Below, piece by piece: positions 52,336-62,082 of a DNA stretch of 64,000 nt. The notes beneath the pieces were generated by a model. The model ran no database searches. It was not told the DNA's origin and saw only the letters and a list, made by a program, of their open reading frames with translations. The stretch's first letter is position 1; every line of letters starts with the position of its first letter. A program made the translations under genes and the position numbers. Source of the DNA: a bacterium (GTDB lineage: Bacteria > UBA8248); the NCBI GenBank assembly GCA_965202625.1, contig CBDBBI010000010.1, positions 896,001-960,000 of the forward strand. Direction: 5' to 3'.

Positions 52336-52593
52336 CTACTCCGCCGGAATCACGCTGATAGTGCGGCGGCCCTTGGCTTTGCGCTCAAACCTCAATTTCC
52401 CGTTTGTCTTGGCAAAGAGAGTATGGTCATTTCCGAGGCCGACGTTTTCACCTGGATGAAAAATGGTGCCACGTTGTCTGACCAGGATGGTCCCTGCATT
52501 CACGCTTTCGCCCGCAAAACGCTTCACACCCAAACGGCGCCCGGCGCTATCCCGTCCATTTGATGAACTTCCACCAGCTTTTTTATGCGCCAT
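52336..52593 (-). CDS. rpmA: 50S ribosomal protein L27
   Basis: [16 protein letters not shown]...RQRGT. Confidence 0.99.
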   Translation of the reverse strand: MAHKKAGGSSSNGRDSAGRRLGVKRFAGESVNAGTILVRQRGTIFHPGENVGLGNDHTLFAKTNGKLRFERKAKGRRTISVIPAE

Positions 52594-52605
52594 TTCCCCG
52601 TCCTT

Positions 52606-52923
52606 TCATCCAGATGGGAGGATGTCCGTCACCTCTATGTGGGTGTAAGGCTGCCTGTGTCCCCGCTTAGTGCGAACCTTCTTGCGGCGTTTGAAGCGAA
52701 AAGCGACGACTTTTCTCCCGCGTCCGTGGTCGCGAATCACCGCTTTTACCTTGGCTTTATTAAGCCCTTCCTTGCCTGATACAACCTCTTCTCCATTTAC
52801 GATGAGTCGAACGTCATCAAAATCGACGCTTTCGCCAACCTCACCGCTCACACGCTCCACCAGGATATGATCCCCCGTTTCAACGCGCACCTGCTTGCCA
52901 CCGGTCTCCACTACGGCGTACAT
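52606..52923 (-). CDS. rplU: 50S ribosomal protein L21
   Basis: MYAVVETGGKQ...GHRQPYT; start at ATG 52923. Confidence 0.98.
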   Translation of the reverse strand: MYAVVETGGKQVRVETGDHILVERVSGEVGESVDFDDVRLIVNGEEVVSGKEGLNKAKVKAVIRDHGRGRKVVAFRFKRRKKVRTKRGHRQPYTHIEVTDILPSG

Positions 52924-53014
52924 TCCGAAAATCTCCTCCGCACCCCCAAAGAATTTGCGCACTTGAGAAAAACCACCCCTTTCTCCTATAATTTTGCGCC
53001 CACAAGGAAGGGGA

Positions 53015-53043
53015 TGTCTATCAACCCATCACCGAAAAGTCAA
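53015..53043 (-). promoter_or_regulatory. Sigma70-like promoter for the rplU operon
   Basis: Minus strand TTGACT-N17-TAGACA with TG extension. Confidence 0.5.
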
Positions 53044-53082
53044 TGAAAACTCCTGCAATCAGCTAAACCCTTCCGCTCTCCC

Positions 53083-53445
53083 TCATTTTTTTTTCTTAAT
53101 CAAGCGAAACGTGATTCGCTCGGTCCGAAACGAAATGGAACGCCTCGCAGGCAGATAATCCTTTTTTTGTGCCGATACGGTTAAACCTTTGAAAATATCT
53201 CTGAGGCCCACCTTAAACTTCAGACGCAACGGCGTTTTGCCCTGATAAACCTCATTGATGAAAACATCAGCCTGGGGAGGATTTGACGTGATGACTAGGC
53301 GTCGCTCCCTTGTAATCGGATTGCCAACATTACTCTCCCACCATTTCCCCACCTGGTTCTTCGTTTTGGCGCACCCGGACATTCCCGGCAGGATCAAGAG
53401 AAAAACGCTGAAAACAAGAACAAGGCGTCTTGAACTCTCCCTCAT
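53083..53445 (-). CDS. PEGA-domain lipoprotein
   Basis: Hydrophobic leader plus MSGC lipobox; ITSNPPQADVFIN..YQGKTP PEGA signature; start uncertain. Confidence 0.78.
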   Translation of the reverse strand: MRESSRRLVLVFSVFLLILPGMSGCAKTKNQVGKWWESNVGNPITRERRLVITSNPPQADVFINEVYQGKTPLRLKFKVGLRDIFKGLTVSAQKKDYLPARRSISFRTERITFRLIKKKK

Positions 53446-53603
53446 ATATATCTCATTCGTCTCCCGAGACATGGACCGCATCCTATAAAAAAACGGAACG
53501 CAACGAGCACAAGGAAGCATTTCTTTCGGACATGAGTCTATACTGAAAACATTGGGTGGAAAAACCACCCCATCGTGAGAATACGTATGTTTTGGGAGGG
53601 TGG

Positions 53604-54530
53604 CTACCTCGAAGGCTCTCCCACCTGCTGCCCCGACCACTCTTCAAACATTTGTAACAATTCCGTTTGATCAGAATCTGGTCCGTACTTTTGCACGCCC
53701 AAGCCATATATCTCTCGGGCGTGGTTCAAATAAAACGCCGCCACTCCATTTTCGCGCGCTAAATCGCTGCCCATAGAGAGGTCTTTGTGCATCAACCCCG
53801 TGGAGAACCCACACGCAAAGTCACGAGGCAAAAGAAACCGGGGCCATTTGTCTTTGGTGGCACTATTCATGCCAGAACCGCCATTTAAAACCTGAAGTGC
53901 TTTTTCGGGATTAAGACCGAGTTTCGAAGCCAACACCATGGCCTCCATTGATACGAGCAGACTCGTGGCCGAGAGAAAATTGTTCACACATTTCATTGCG
54001 TGGCCTGATTCCGGTGCTTCATCAATATGAACGATGGTTTTGCCCAACGTTTCAAAAATAGGCATCGCAGCATTCACAATCTCTTTGGGTCCACCCGGCA
54101 TGATGGCCAAAGTCGCGGCTTCTGCACCTACGACGCCGCCTGAGACCGGCGCACCGATGAGACGCAATCCTTTTTCTCCCACCCGTGAAGCAAGAATGCC
54201 CGTCCTGGTAGGGTAGGATGAACTCATATCGATAATCAATTTTCCCTTGCCCAGATGCGTTGCTATCCCCTCCCGCCCATCAACTACCGCGTCTACGACA
54301 TCGCTGTTGGGTAACATAGTGATGACGACATCGGCGCGCATCGCCAGCTCAGCCAGACTCGTAGCCTCCTGCACGCCGTCGCCCGCCAAAGCCTTGACGT
54401 TCTCTGGTCTCGTATCATAAGCCACCACCGTATAGTCGCCACGTCTGAGGTTTTTCGACATGGGGGCTCCCATCTTCCCAACTCCGATGAAACCAACAAT
54501 CGCGCTCCCTGCCTGTAGAGTTCGCATCAT
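53604..54530 (-). CDS. NAD(P)-dependent beta-hydroxyacid dehydrogenase (3-hydroxyisobutyrate dehydrogenase family)
   Basis: GFIGVGKMGAPM, ITMLP, IDMSS, APVSGG, catalytic K in AMKCVNN and KDL motifs. Confidence 0.92.
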   Translation of the reverse strand: MMRTLQAGSAIVGFIGVGKMGAPMSKNLRRGDYTVVAYDTRPENVKALAGDGVQEATSLAELAMRADVVITMLPNSDVVDAVVDGREGIATHLGKGKLIIDMSSSYPTRTGILASRVGEKGLRLIGAPVSGGVVGAEAATLAIMPGGPKEIVNAAMPIFETLGKTIVHIDEAPESGHAMKCVNNFLSATSLLVSMEAMVLASKLGLNPEKALQVLNGGSGMNSATKDKWPRFLLPRDFACGFSTGLMHKDLSMGSDLARENGVAAFYLNHAREIYGLGVQKYGPDSDQTELLQMFEEWSGQQVGEPSR

Positions 54531-54606
54531 TTCCTCGCTATCTGGATAAAGCCTGCCCCAAAGCCGCAACCTACTATATGTATTGTTTTTATCCGCCCAA
54601 AGGTTT

Positions 54607-54635
54607 TTGTCAATCTCCAATCGAAATGATAGCCT
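54607..54635 (+). promoter_or_regulatory. Sigma70-like promoter for the DUF484 gene
   Basis: TTGTCA-N17-TAGCCT with TG extension. Confidence 0.45.
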
Positions 54636-54702
54636 CGTCCATACTTCATATTTCTTATCAACCGCCCTTTACGTATCCACGTATCGTACGAGGAGATTTG
54701 CA

Positions 54703-55428
54703 ATGATGCCGATTTCGGCGGATGACGTCCTATGTTACTTAGAAAAAAACCCTGGTTTTTTCATCGAACACCCGGATTATCTTCGCCAAAGTGATCTACT
54801 GACGCAACACAGCACCTCAGCCAGAGTCCTGAACTTGCGAGACAAGCTTTTCGACCGGCTAAAGGGCGAACGGGAAGACCTCATACGGCTTCTTGATGAA
54901 ACGATAAAACTCGCCCGGAAAAACGAGCAAATCGAAAAAAATTTTATGGCGATCGAACAACTTTTGTTTGAGCAAGCGCCTTCGTTGGCAAGTCTCACGG
55001 AAATTGCCAAAAATATCGAATCGCGCTTTGGAATTGCGTATGCAGGATTTCTGCTCTTAGAACCCATTGATGGCATTCCCGTCCTTGCGACAAAACCAGA
55101 GGAGTCGTCCCGGATTCGACCACTTGGCAAAGTAGAAGAAGAACTTGTCCCCATGGAAGAGGGGGGCGTTGCGCTCAAAGGCAAGCTGGAGAATGGAGGC
55201 GGGCCGCTGTTTCCTGATACCTTGAGCGAAACCATCCGCTCGACCGCCATTGTTCCTTTAGAAGTTCGTGAGCGAAAAATCGGTTTTCTCATTCTGGGTT
55301 CAAAGGACCCCGAGCGATACCAACAGGGAATGGCGACCCATCTCCTCAAACGTCTTGCGATGCGCCTGGCCCTCGGAATCTCCATCTTCCAACGTTTCAA
55401 TCGGAAGGCAACGCAAACAGGTTCTTAA
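54703..55428 (+). CDS. DUF484 (YigA-like, GAF fold) protein
   Basis: VLCYLEKNPGFFIEHP N-terminus and LGSKDPERYQQGMAT.LL C-terminus; AGGAG SD. Confidence 0.85.
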   Translation: MMPISADDVLCYLEKNPGFFIEHPDYLRQSDLLTQHSTSARVLNLRDKLFDRLKGEREDLIRLLDETIKLARKNEQIEKNFMAIEQLLFEQAPSLASLTEIAKNIESRFGIAYAGFLLLEPIDGIPVLATKPEESSRIRPLGKVEEELVPMEEGGVALKGKLENGGGPLFPDTLSETIRSTAIVPLEVRERKIGFLILGSKDPERYQQGMATHLLKRLAMRLALGISIFQRFNRKATQTGS

Positions 55429-55475
55429 ATAAGCGTACTCTATGTCGTAGCCCTTCTTCTCCCTCCCTCGAATCA

Positions 55476-56867
55476 CTAGGCAGAAATGCCTTGCGCCTTG
55501 GCGACAAGCTCCATCACTTCGGAGATACCGCTTAGATTTTCCAAATCCCTCACACGCTGAATGAGCAAATCCCCCACTTCCCTATCAAGCACTGGGGCCG
55601 TCATTACATGGAATCTTTCGATCAGTTCATCCCACGTCAACGGGTTTCGTGAATCTCCTTTGGGATAATCCTGATGCGCTTCAAAAACACCGTGATAGGT
55701 CTCGATCTTAACGTGTGCTTGCCATTTATCCGGAAATTCTTTTTCCATTTCCGCATCACCATAGCACTCAACTTTCTTGATGATAGAGGAATGTACCTGG
55801 GAGCGGAGAAAATCGTCCGTATATTCATCAAGCCCGGCAGCGCGCCTGAGAATCGCCACCGCCACGGCGTATTGAAGGCTGAACTGCGCGTCAACAATGT
55901 TTTGTGGGTTCGTCTTCATATCATAGGGTTCGATGACCACCATCACACTGGTCTCGGGAACTCGAACCTGCACTCGCGTAACTTCCTCAGGCTTGATGTC
56001 GTGTGCCTTACAAGCTTCAATCGTTGCGTCAATCGGCGCATGGTTGTACCGGCAGCAAGCATAGGGCTTTATCGCAGTCTCACAAATTTCCCAATATTCG
56101 CCTAAATGCTCCACCACGTACGCAGCCGTATAATCATCGCTATGGCTATGCAAAAACCCCGTTTTTCCACCCAAAATATCTTCTGGTCCCGTATAGCCTT
56201 CCTGGGCCAAATAGGCGGCGATGACGCCACTGTGCGCGGCCCATCCCGGATGAAACCTTTTCGTCCAGGCGCCATTATCCAGATATTGCATCGACCCCGC
56301 TGCCTGGCTACCCGAGATGCCCATCGCATTAGCGGTGGCCTCGACCGATAACCCCAAAAGCTTCGATGCCGTAATAGCGGCTGCGAACGCGCCACACGTG
56401 CCCGTGGGGTGGAACCCGCGCTCATAGTGACTCGTTGGGTTGACGGCGTTTCCTATGCGGTTGGTCACCTCATAACCCGCGACGATGGCAGCGATTACTC
56501 TTTTGAGATCAGGGCGATACGCCTCAGCGACCGCTAAAGTGCTGGGCATGACGCTCACCGCAGGATGAAGGCTTGAGCGCGTGGTCACATCGTCCATTTC
56601 GGTGGCGTGGCTCACGCCGCCGTTCACCAATGCGGCATAGGGGGCGTCGGTTTTCAAATCTGCTCCAATAATGGTGCATGGGCCGCCTCTTGGAGCGCGC
56701 TTTTTTGCGAAATTGTGAAATACGCGAGAGCTTGCCGCTTCCACCGCTCTCAACGTAACGCCCAGATGATCCAGTAAAAAATACTTCGCTCTCTCTCTTG
56801 CCTCATCAGGGAGAGAATCATAAGTAATCGCGTGAGCGTGCTCCACAAGCGTTCGGCTGATATTCAC
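55476..56867 (-). CDS. MmgE/PrpD family protein
   Basis: NGGVSHATEMDD..HP, GFHPTGT, KRFHPG, KPYACC and AQFSLQY motifs. Confidence 0.92.
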   Translation of the reverse strand: MNISRTLVEHAHAITYDSLPDEARERAKYFLLDHLGVTLRAVEAASSRVFHNFAKKRAPRGGPCTIIGADLKTDAPYAALVNGGVSHATEMDDVTTRSSLHPAVSVMPSTLAVAEAYRPDLKRVIAAIVAGYEVTNRIGNAVNPTSHYERGFHPTGTCGAFAAAITASKLLGLSVEATANAMGISGSQAAGSMQYLDNGAWTKRFHPGWAAHSGVIAAYLAQEGYTGPEDILGGKTGFLHSHSDDYTAAYVVEHLGEYWEICETAIKPYACCRYNHAPIDATIEACKAHDIKPEEVTRVQVRVPETSVMVVIEPYDMKTNPQNIVDAQFSLQYAVAVAILRRAAGLDEYTDDFLRSQVHSSIIKKVECYGDAEMEKEFPDKWQAHVKIETYHGVFEAHQDYPKGDSRNPLTWDELIERFHVMTAPVLDREVGDLLIQRVRDLENLSGISEVMELVAKAQGISA

Positions 56868-57071
56868 TTCAACTTCTCCTATGGCTGAAAGTTGGTCTTA
56901 TGATCTTGAGAACCGAGCCTTTTCCTATGCCTAGGCGCTTTCGTCACATATTTTCTCTCAGAACAAGAGAGAAGACGCCACCCCGCCTCTTTAAAGTTAT
57001 GAATTTGTCAGCAGACAACGCTTGCGGGTAGAATGATTCGTAACTTCTATCTCCATCACACTGGAGACGAA

Positions 57072-57416
57072 ATGACATCTTGCGTTTTTTGCAAAATTGT
57101 GGCGGGTAATATCCCCTGCGAAAAAGTATATGAAGATGACGCTTTGCTTGCATTTGAAGACGCCAACCCGGTGGCGCCTGTCCACATTCTCATCGTCCCC
57201 AAAAAACACATCGAAACGCTCGGAGAAATAGACGAGACGCACAAAGAACTGATTGGCTCCATATTCGTTGCGGCAAACGAAATCACCTGCGAAAAAGGCG
57301 TGGCGCAAAAGGGTTTTCGCATCGTCGCCAACTGCGGAGAAAACGGAGGACAAACCGTCTTCCACATTCACTATCACCTTTTAGGCGGGCGCCAGATGAA
57401 ATGGCCGCCAGGCTAG
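57072..57416 (+). CDS. Histidine triad nucleotide-binding protein (HinT)
   Basis: CVFCKI and GQTVFHIHYHLLGGR..WPPG motifs. Confidence 0.95.
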   Translation: MTSCVFCKIVAGNIPCEKVYEDDALLAFEDANPVAPVHILIVPKKHIETLGEIDETHKELIGSIFVAANEITCEKGVAQKGFRIVANCGENGGQTVFHIHYHLLGGRQMKWPPG

Positions 57417-57463
57417 AAGCCGCACCTTGCGTGAAGTCTGAACGAAGCCGCCCCCATAAACCC

Positions 57464-58087
57464 CTACATCAATCGAAAGCGTCGCTCCATGGCGCGGTGC
57501 CATTTACTTGATTGATCGTCATCAAACAAAATATCCTGATCCGCAGGTGCCGTGTACCAATCTCCGCGCCTCATCTCGCCCCAAAGTTGTCCAGCCCCCC
57601 AACCGGCGTAGCCCACGGCGAAAATCATTTTATCAGGCCGCCTGCCCGCAGCGATGGCCTTTAGCACAACATCCATCGGGCTAATCGCCAGGTTCTCTCC
57701 CATTTCATAGACGGCGTCTATTTTGTGTTCCGTCGTGTGTATTACAAATCCAGAATTGGGCGACACGGGTCCGCCGTAGTGAATATCCACTTCGCCCATG
57801 TCTTGAGACGCCCTTATTCCGAAACGTGCGTAAAGCTTCGAAAGCGATATCTTGCGCGCGACGCGGTTTAATATCAGTCCCAAAGCCCCTCTTTCGTTGT
57901 GCCTCATCAGAAGGACGACGCTCTGGCGAAAGCGGCTGTCCGGCATATCGGGACGCGCGACCAGCAGTTTCCCCTCGTGATAGCCAAAGAGGGGGAGATA
58001 CGCCCCTTCGGTGTTCGCGCTTCGACCCTGAGCGAGCGCCGACGCGAAGAAAAACGACAAGATAAAGAGGAGAACGATTCGCTTCAT
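57464..58087 (-). CDS. YqgE/AlgH family protein with signal peptide
   Basis: GKLLVARPDMPDSRFRQSVV, GALGLILNR, GGPV and GYAGWGAGQL motifs. Confidence 0.9.
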   Translation of the reverse strand: MKRIVLLFILSFFFASALAQGRSANTEGAYLPLFGYHEGKLLVARPDMPDSRFRQSVVLLMRHNERGALGLILNRVARKISLSKLYARFGIRASQDMGEVDIHYGGPVSPNSGFVIHTTEHKIDAVYEMGENLAISPMDVVLKAIAAGRRPDKMIFAVGYAGWGAGQLWGEMRRGDWYTAPADQDILFDDDQSSKWHRAMERRFRLM

Positions 58088-58088
58088 T

Positions 58089-59159
58089 CTATGCCACCCA
58101 GCCGCCACCATAAAGCACATCGCCGGAGTAGAAAACGGCTGCCTGCCCTGGAGCCACAGCGCCCAGACATGCTGGAGCATCGGGCCTCACTTCAGCGCTC
58201 CTATCGTCTTTCGGCGTCACGACGCAGACGGCTGCACGGCCTCGATGCCGCACCTGTACCTCCAGACGCCGCGCGGATTCGGGGGGAATCGACCAACACA
58301 CGTCCTTGACGAGAAAAACCTCGCGCGCCAGGGCCTCGCGCTCGCCCACCACGACGGCGGCCGAGTTTGATTTGAGCTCCACCACATAGCGTGGCGGACC
58401 TCCCCCCAAATCAAGACCTCGCCTTTGTCCCACCGTGAAGTTAACCACCCCCCCGTGCCTGCCCAGCACGTTGCCCTCCAAATCCACGATATCGCCCGGC
58501 CTGTCGGTGCCCGGCTTCTCCTCCTTGAGAAAGGCGCGGTAATCACCCTTGGGCACGAAACAAATCTCCTGACTTTCGGGCTTCTCCGCGGTGGAGAGGC
58601 CAAGGCTTCTGGCGTATTCCCTCGTTTGCTCTTTGGTGAACCCCCCCAAAGGAAACATCGCGCGCGCGAGTTGCTCCTGCGTCATGCCGAAGAGGAAATA
58701 GGTTTGGTCCTTCTCCCTGTCCTCGCTTCTCGCGACGCTCAGGCGGCCAGCGACCTCCACACGCCTGGCGTAATGGCCGGTGGCGAGCAGTTCCACGCCA
58801 AACCCCCTGGCACGCTCCGCCAAGTAGTCGAACTTCACCACCTGGTTGCACACCACGCACGGCACAGGCGTCCTACCACGTTCGTACTCGGAGATGAAAT
58901 TCTCGATCACGCTCTCTTGGAAGGATGCGCGCATGTCCATCACATAGAAAGGAATGCGGAGTTGGGCCGCCACGGCACGCGCGTCGGCTAGATCACGTGG
59001 GGCACAGCAACCCCGATGAAAAGACTCCTGGGCAGGCCTGTCGGCAAGCCGCAAACCTACGCCGATCGCCTCGTAACCCCTCTCCACCAGCAGGGCGGCG
59101 GCAACCGAACTATCCACGCCACCACTCATCGCTACTACCACACGCTGTGCCATCATCAC
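58089..59159 (-). CDS. mnmA: tRNA 2-thiouridine synthase MnmA
   Basis: AMSGGVDSS, GRTPVPCVVCN, ATGHY, KDQTYFL, ESQEICF and TVGQRRGL motifs. Confidence 0.97.
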   Translation of the reverse strand: MMMAQRVVVAMSGGVDSSVAAALLVERGYEAIGVGLRLADRPAQESFHRGCCAPRDLADARAVAAQLRIPFYVMDMRASFQESVIENFISEYERGRTPVPCVVCNQVVKFDYLAERARGFGVELLATGHYARRVEVAGRLSVARSEDREKDQTYFLFGMTQEQLARAMFPLGGFTKEQTREYARSLGLSTAEKPESQEICFVPKGDYRAFLKEEKPGTDRPGDIVDLEGNVLGRHGGVVNFTVGQRRGLDLGGGPPRYVVELKSNSAAVVVGEREALAREVFLVKDVCWSIPPESARRLEVQVRHRGRAAVCVVTPKDDRSAEVRPDAPACLGAVAPGQAAVFYSGDVLYGGGWVA

Positions 59160-59207
59160 CTCAAAAGGCGCCCGCTCAATACCCGCTTCCGTTATACACC
59201 ACCCGTT

Positions 59208-59551
59208 CGGCCCGGGGCTAGAAAGCGTGAAGAAGGGACAGTCGAAGGCCTAGGGAGACGAGGCGGTGCCTTAAAGCCGGGGTCAGTCCGCGCGGGAGCT
59301 CCTCCTAGAAAGGAAAACACTCTTCGGAAGAGAGATGTCTCCCCAGCCGATAAGAGGGGAATAGCTCCAATGGAGAGGGATGGAATTACGGGCCTGTATG
59401 GAGTCAAACACGACGCGCGCCGCCACGGCATCCGTCCGCCTTTCGTTTTTGACCGTCATTCCACAGGGTTTCGATACAGAATCCAGGGATTTTGTCTTTT
59501 CACCTCGGCTCGGCCTTCACCCGCTAACACTTGATGATAGCCCCGGGACCG
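59208..59551. ncRNA. Candidate structured RNA or MITE-like element (unclassified)
   Basis: 10 bp terminal inverted repeat plus nested complementary segments; matches no family I can confirm. Confidence 0.3.
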
Positions 59552-59632
59552 TCCGCATCCGATCTACAAGGCAAGCGTGGATCGATGTGTTTGCGACACC
59601 AGCCAGTCCCACGGTTGCTATCACCGCGCTAT

Positions 59633-60415
59633 CTATCCCGCGGTATAGCCGCCGTCGGCATACAGAACTTGGCCCGTATAGAAATCCGACGCTCGCGATA
59701 CGAGGAACAGGAGCGGACCAGACAGATCCTCCGGTTCGCCTAGCCGGCCCTTGGGAATCCGAGACACGATCCCCTTGCGCATCCTGACCGCCTCCGGCGT
59801 GTCGCTGAACATCCAGGAGGTCAAGGAAGAACGAAAGACAGTCGGCGCAATCGCGTTGACAGTGATCCCCGTCGGACCCAGTTCGCAGCCCAATGCCTTG
59901 GTGATTCCGTCGACCGCCGCCTTGGAGGCGCAATAGGCAGTATAACCGGCGGGATGGCCAAGCAGCCCGCGCGTCGACGAAACGAGGACGATCTTGCCGC
60001 CGCCCTGCGCCTTCATTTGCCGGGTTGCGGCGCGGGCCAGCAACCAGGACTGGGTCACGTTAGCGTCCATGATATCCGCGAATGTATCGAGCGCCATCTG
60101 TTCAATCCCTACCACCTTGTTCATTCCCGACGCGACGACCAGAATGTCGAGGCGGCCATAGGCTTCAACGGCTTTCTTTACTATAGCGTCGACCGCTGCC
60201 TCCGAATTCGGACGCGCGTTCACCGTGTCGACCTCGGCCCCTAGTTCCCGACACTTGCCCGCTACAGCCTCCAGCGCGTTCGAACTACCCGCAACCAGAG
60301 TAAGCCGGCATCCGGCCCCGGCTAGGGTCCGCGCGGCGACCGCCCCTAAAGCACCAGACGCGCCGGTGATCAAGGCAGAGTTTCCGCTGACGTCAAAAAT
60401 TTCTAACGGTTTCAT
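59633..60415 (-). CDS. SDR family oxidoreductase
   Basis: TGASGALG, YCASKAA, VNAIAPT and YADGG motifs. Confidence 0.92.
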   Translation of the reverse strand: MKPLEIFDVSGNSALITGASGALGAVAARTLAGAGCRLTLVAGSSNALEAVAGKCRELGAEVDTVNARPNSEAAVDAIVKKAVEAYGRLDILVVASGMNKVVGIEQMALDTFADIMDANVTQSWLLARAATRQMKAQGGGKIVLVSSTRGLLGHPAGYTAYCASKAAVDGITKALGCELGPTGITVNAIAPTVFRSSLTSWMFSDTPEAVRMRKGIVSRIPKGRLGEPEDLSGPLLFLVSRASDFYTGQVLYADGGYTAG

Positions 60416-60629
60416 GTCGCGCTATCCACATAGGCGCTCATCTGCCGGCGTGAAACAAGATGAAGTCGGCTCATACTAGGTATCAAGCGATTGCAATGTC
60501 AAGAATGTCGCAAGTATATCTATTTCCCAAGAACTTCGCCTTCCTGAAGCTGTGTTATACGAAATTTCCTCCCCCTGGAAAATCCAATCTCCAACGAGTC
60601 AAATCGACTGGAAAAGAAGGGGCAAGAAC

Positions 60630-60813
60630 CCACCTCTCCACCAGCACCATGCAGCATACACTTTCGTCGTCATGGAGTTCGGCCATCACGTCCTCCAAAG
60701 CGCCACTTCGCCTTGCTCAGCACATTCAAGTAAGCTCTTACGGCTAGTTCCAATCTGATGGTGACAATGTCGCCTGTGCGTTTAGCCAGAATGGCATTTG
60801 CATCGACAGACAC
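60630..60813 (-). pseudogene. Enoyl-CoA hydratase (crotonase) N-terminal remnant
   Basis: Hand translation gives AILAKRTGDIVTIRL...LNVLSKAKWR, a frameshift, then LEDVMAELHDDESVCCMVL / HGAGGE, matching the crotonase N-terminal pattern. Confidence 0.6.
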
Positions 60814-60952
60814 AAGCACCGTGCGTCTCCCCACCTCGGCGCGGTTTCCTGCCGCGCCTTTTTATCTATGGTATAGTTGCGGCAAGAAAAAACCGTGCGC
60901 CGCTCTACCTAGTCGGCCGCAACCTATTCGGAGAAAAGACTTGACGCAAGGC

Positions 60953-61867
60953 ATGAGACCTACTGACCGCCTCCCCTATTCGGCCATCATCGATCGCAAG
61001 CCGCTGAAACTGCCCGACGGCGCGCGTGTAGTGCTCTGGCCAGTCTTGGCACTTGAAGTGTGGGACATTATCCGGCCAATGGCGCGCATGGCGATACCCC
61101 CGCCCCAGGGGGTACCCATGCTCCCCGATCATCCGAACTGGAGCTGGCACGAATACGGCATGCGGGTCGGCGTGTGGCGTATCAAACACATGCTTGATGC
61201 ACTGGATATACGCCCGACGGTTACTCTGAATGCCCGTACCTGCCTAGAATATCCGCACGTCGCAGAGGCGTGTCTGAAGGCGGGTTGGGAATTTAACGCC
61301 CATTCTTTCGAACAAGTGCCAATGCACAAGCTCGACGACGAACGCGCGGTGATCAACCAATGCATGACCGTGATCAAGGATTTCACCGGTAAAAAGCCGC
61401 GTGGTTGGTTCGGTCCGGGACTGACCCAGACATACCAAACACTGGATTTTCTTGCCGAGGCCGGCATCGAATATATCGGCGACTGGGCCCTCGACGACCA
61501 GCCGGTACATTTGAATACGACGGTCGGAAAATCGGTCGTCGCGCTACCCTACAACTATGAGCTCCATGACATTGTGATAATGGCAATCCAGCACCACACG
61601 TCCGAAGTCTTCCGCGACCGGGCACTCGACTACTTCGAGACTATCTACGCCGAAAGCCACGAATCCACCAAAGTGATGTCAATCGCTATGCACCCTTATC
61701 TGTCAGGCTCGCCGCACCGGATAAAATATGTGCGTGAAACCTTCGAACACATTTTATCCAAACCGGGAGTAATATGCTGGGACGGCGAGCAGATACTCGA
61801 CTGGTTCTTAAAAGAACGCCCGGTGCCGAAGCCCCGGAAAAGCCGCGCCAAAAGTAAAAGGGGATAG
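60953..61867 (+). CDS. Polysaccharide deacetylase family protein (PuuE allantoinase-like)
   Basis: YSAIIDRKPLKLPDGARV, WHEYGMRVGVWR, PRGWFGPG and MHPYLSGSPHR motifs. Confidence 0.88.
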   Translation: MRPTDRLPYSAIIDRKPLKLPDGARVVLWPVLALEVWDIIRPMARMAIPPPQGVPMLPDHPNWSWHEYGMRVGVWRIKHMLDALDIRPTVTLNARTCLEYPHVAEACLKAGWEFNAHSFEQVPMHKLDDERAVINQCMTVIKDFTGKKPRGWFGPGLTQTYQTLDFLAEAGIEYIGDWALDDQPVHLNTTVGKSVVALPYNYELHDIVIMAIQHHTSEVFRDRALDYFETIYAESHESTKVMSIAMHPYLSGSPHRIKYVRETFEHILSKPGVICWDGEQILDWFLKERPVPKPRKSRAKSKRG

Positions 61868-62082
61868 AACGGATCCGGAGAGGATTTACGTACCCGATAC
61901 CGACATTGCCGATTATATCAACAAGACGCGCCGACAAGCGGGCATAGGCGGCTTCGTTGAGCGAGCACGACGGCAAGATGGTCGGGTTCCGCAGTGCGGA
62001 CCGCCACGACAAGTTCGATACTGCCATGGGGCCGGGACCCTACGCATTCACCTGCCTCACCGGGGCCGCCCGCATCAAACGG

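Noticed and set aside
59016-59534. 172 aa plus-strand ORF spanning the element
   Set aside because: Overlaps mnmA antisense, has no family motif, and is expected by chance at this GC content
59208-59551. tmRNA, RNase P RNA or SRP RNA identity for the structured element
   Set aside because: No T-arm or CCA end, no GAGGAAAGUCC and no SRP helix-8 GGAA/AGCAGC motif on either strand
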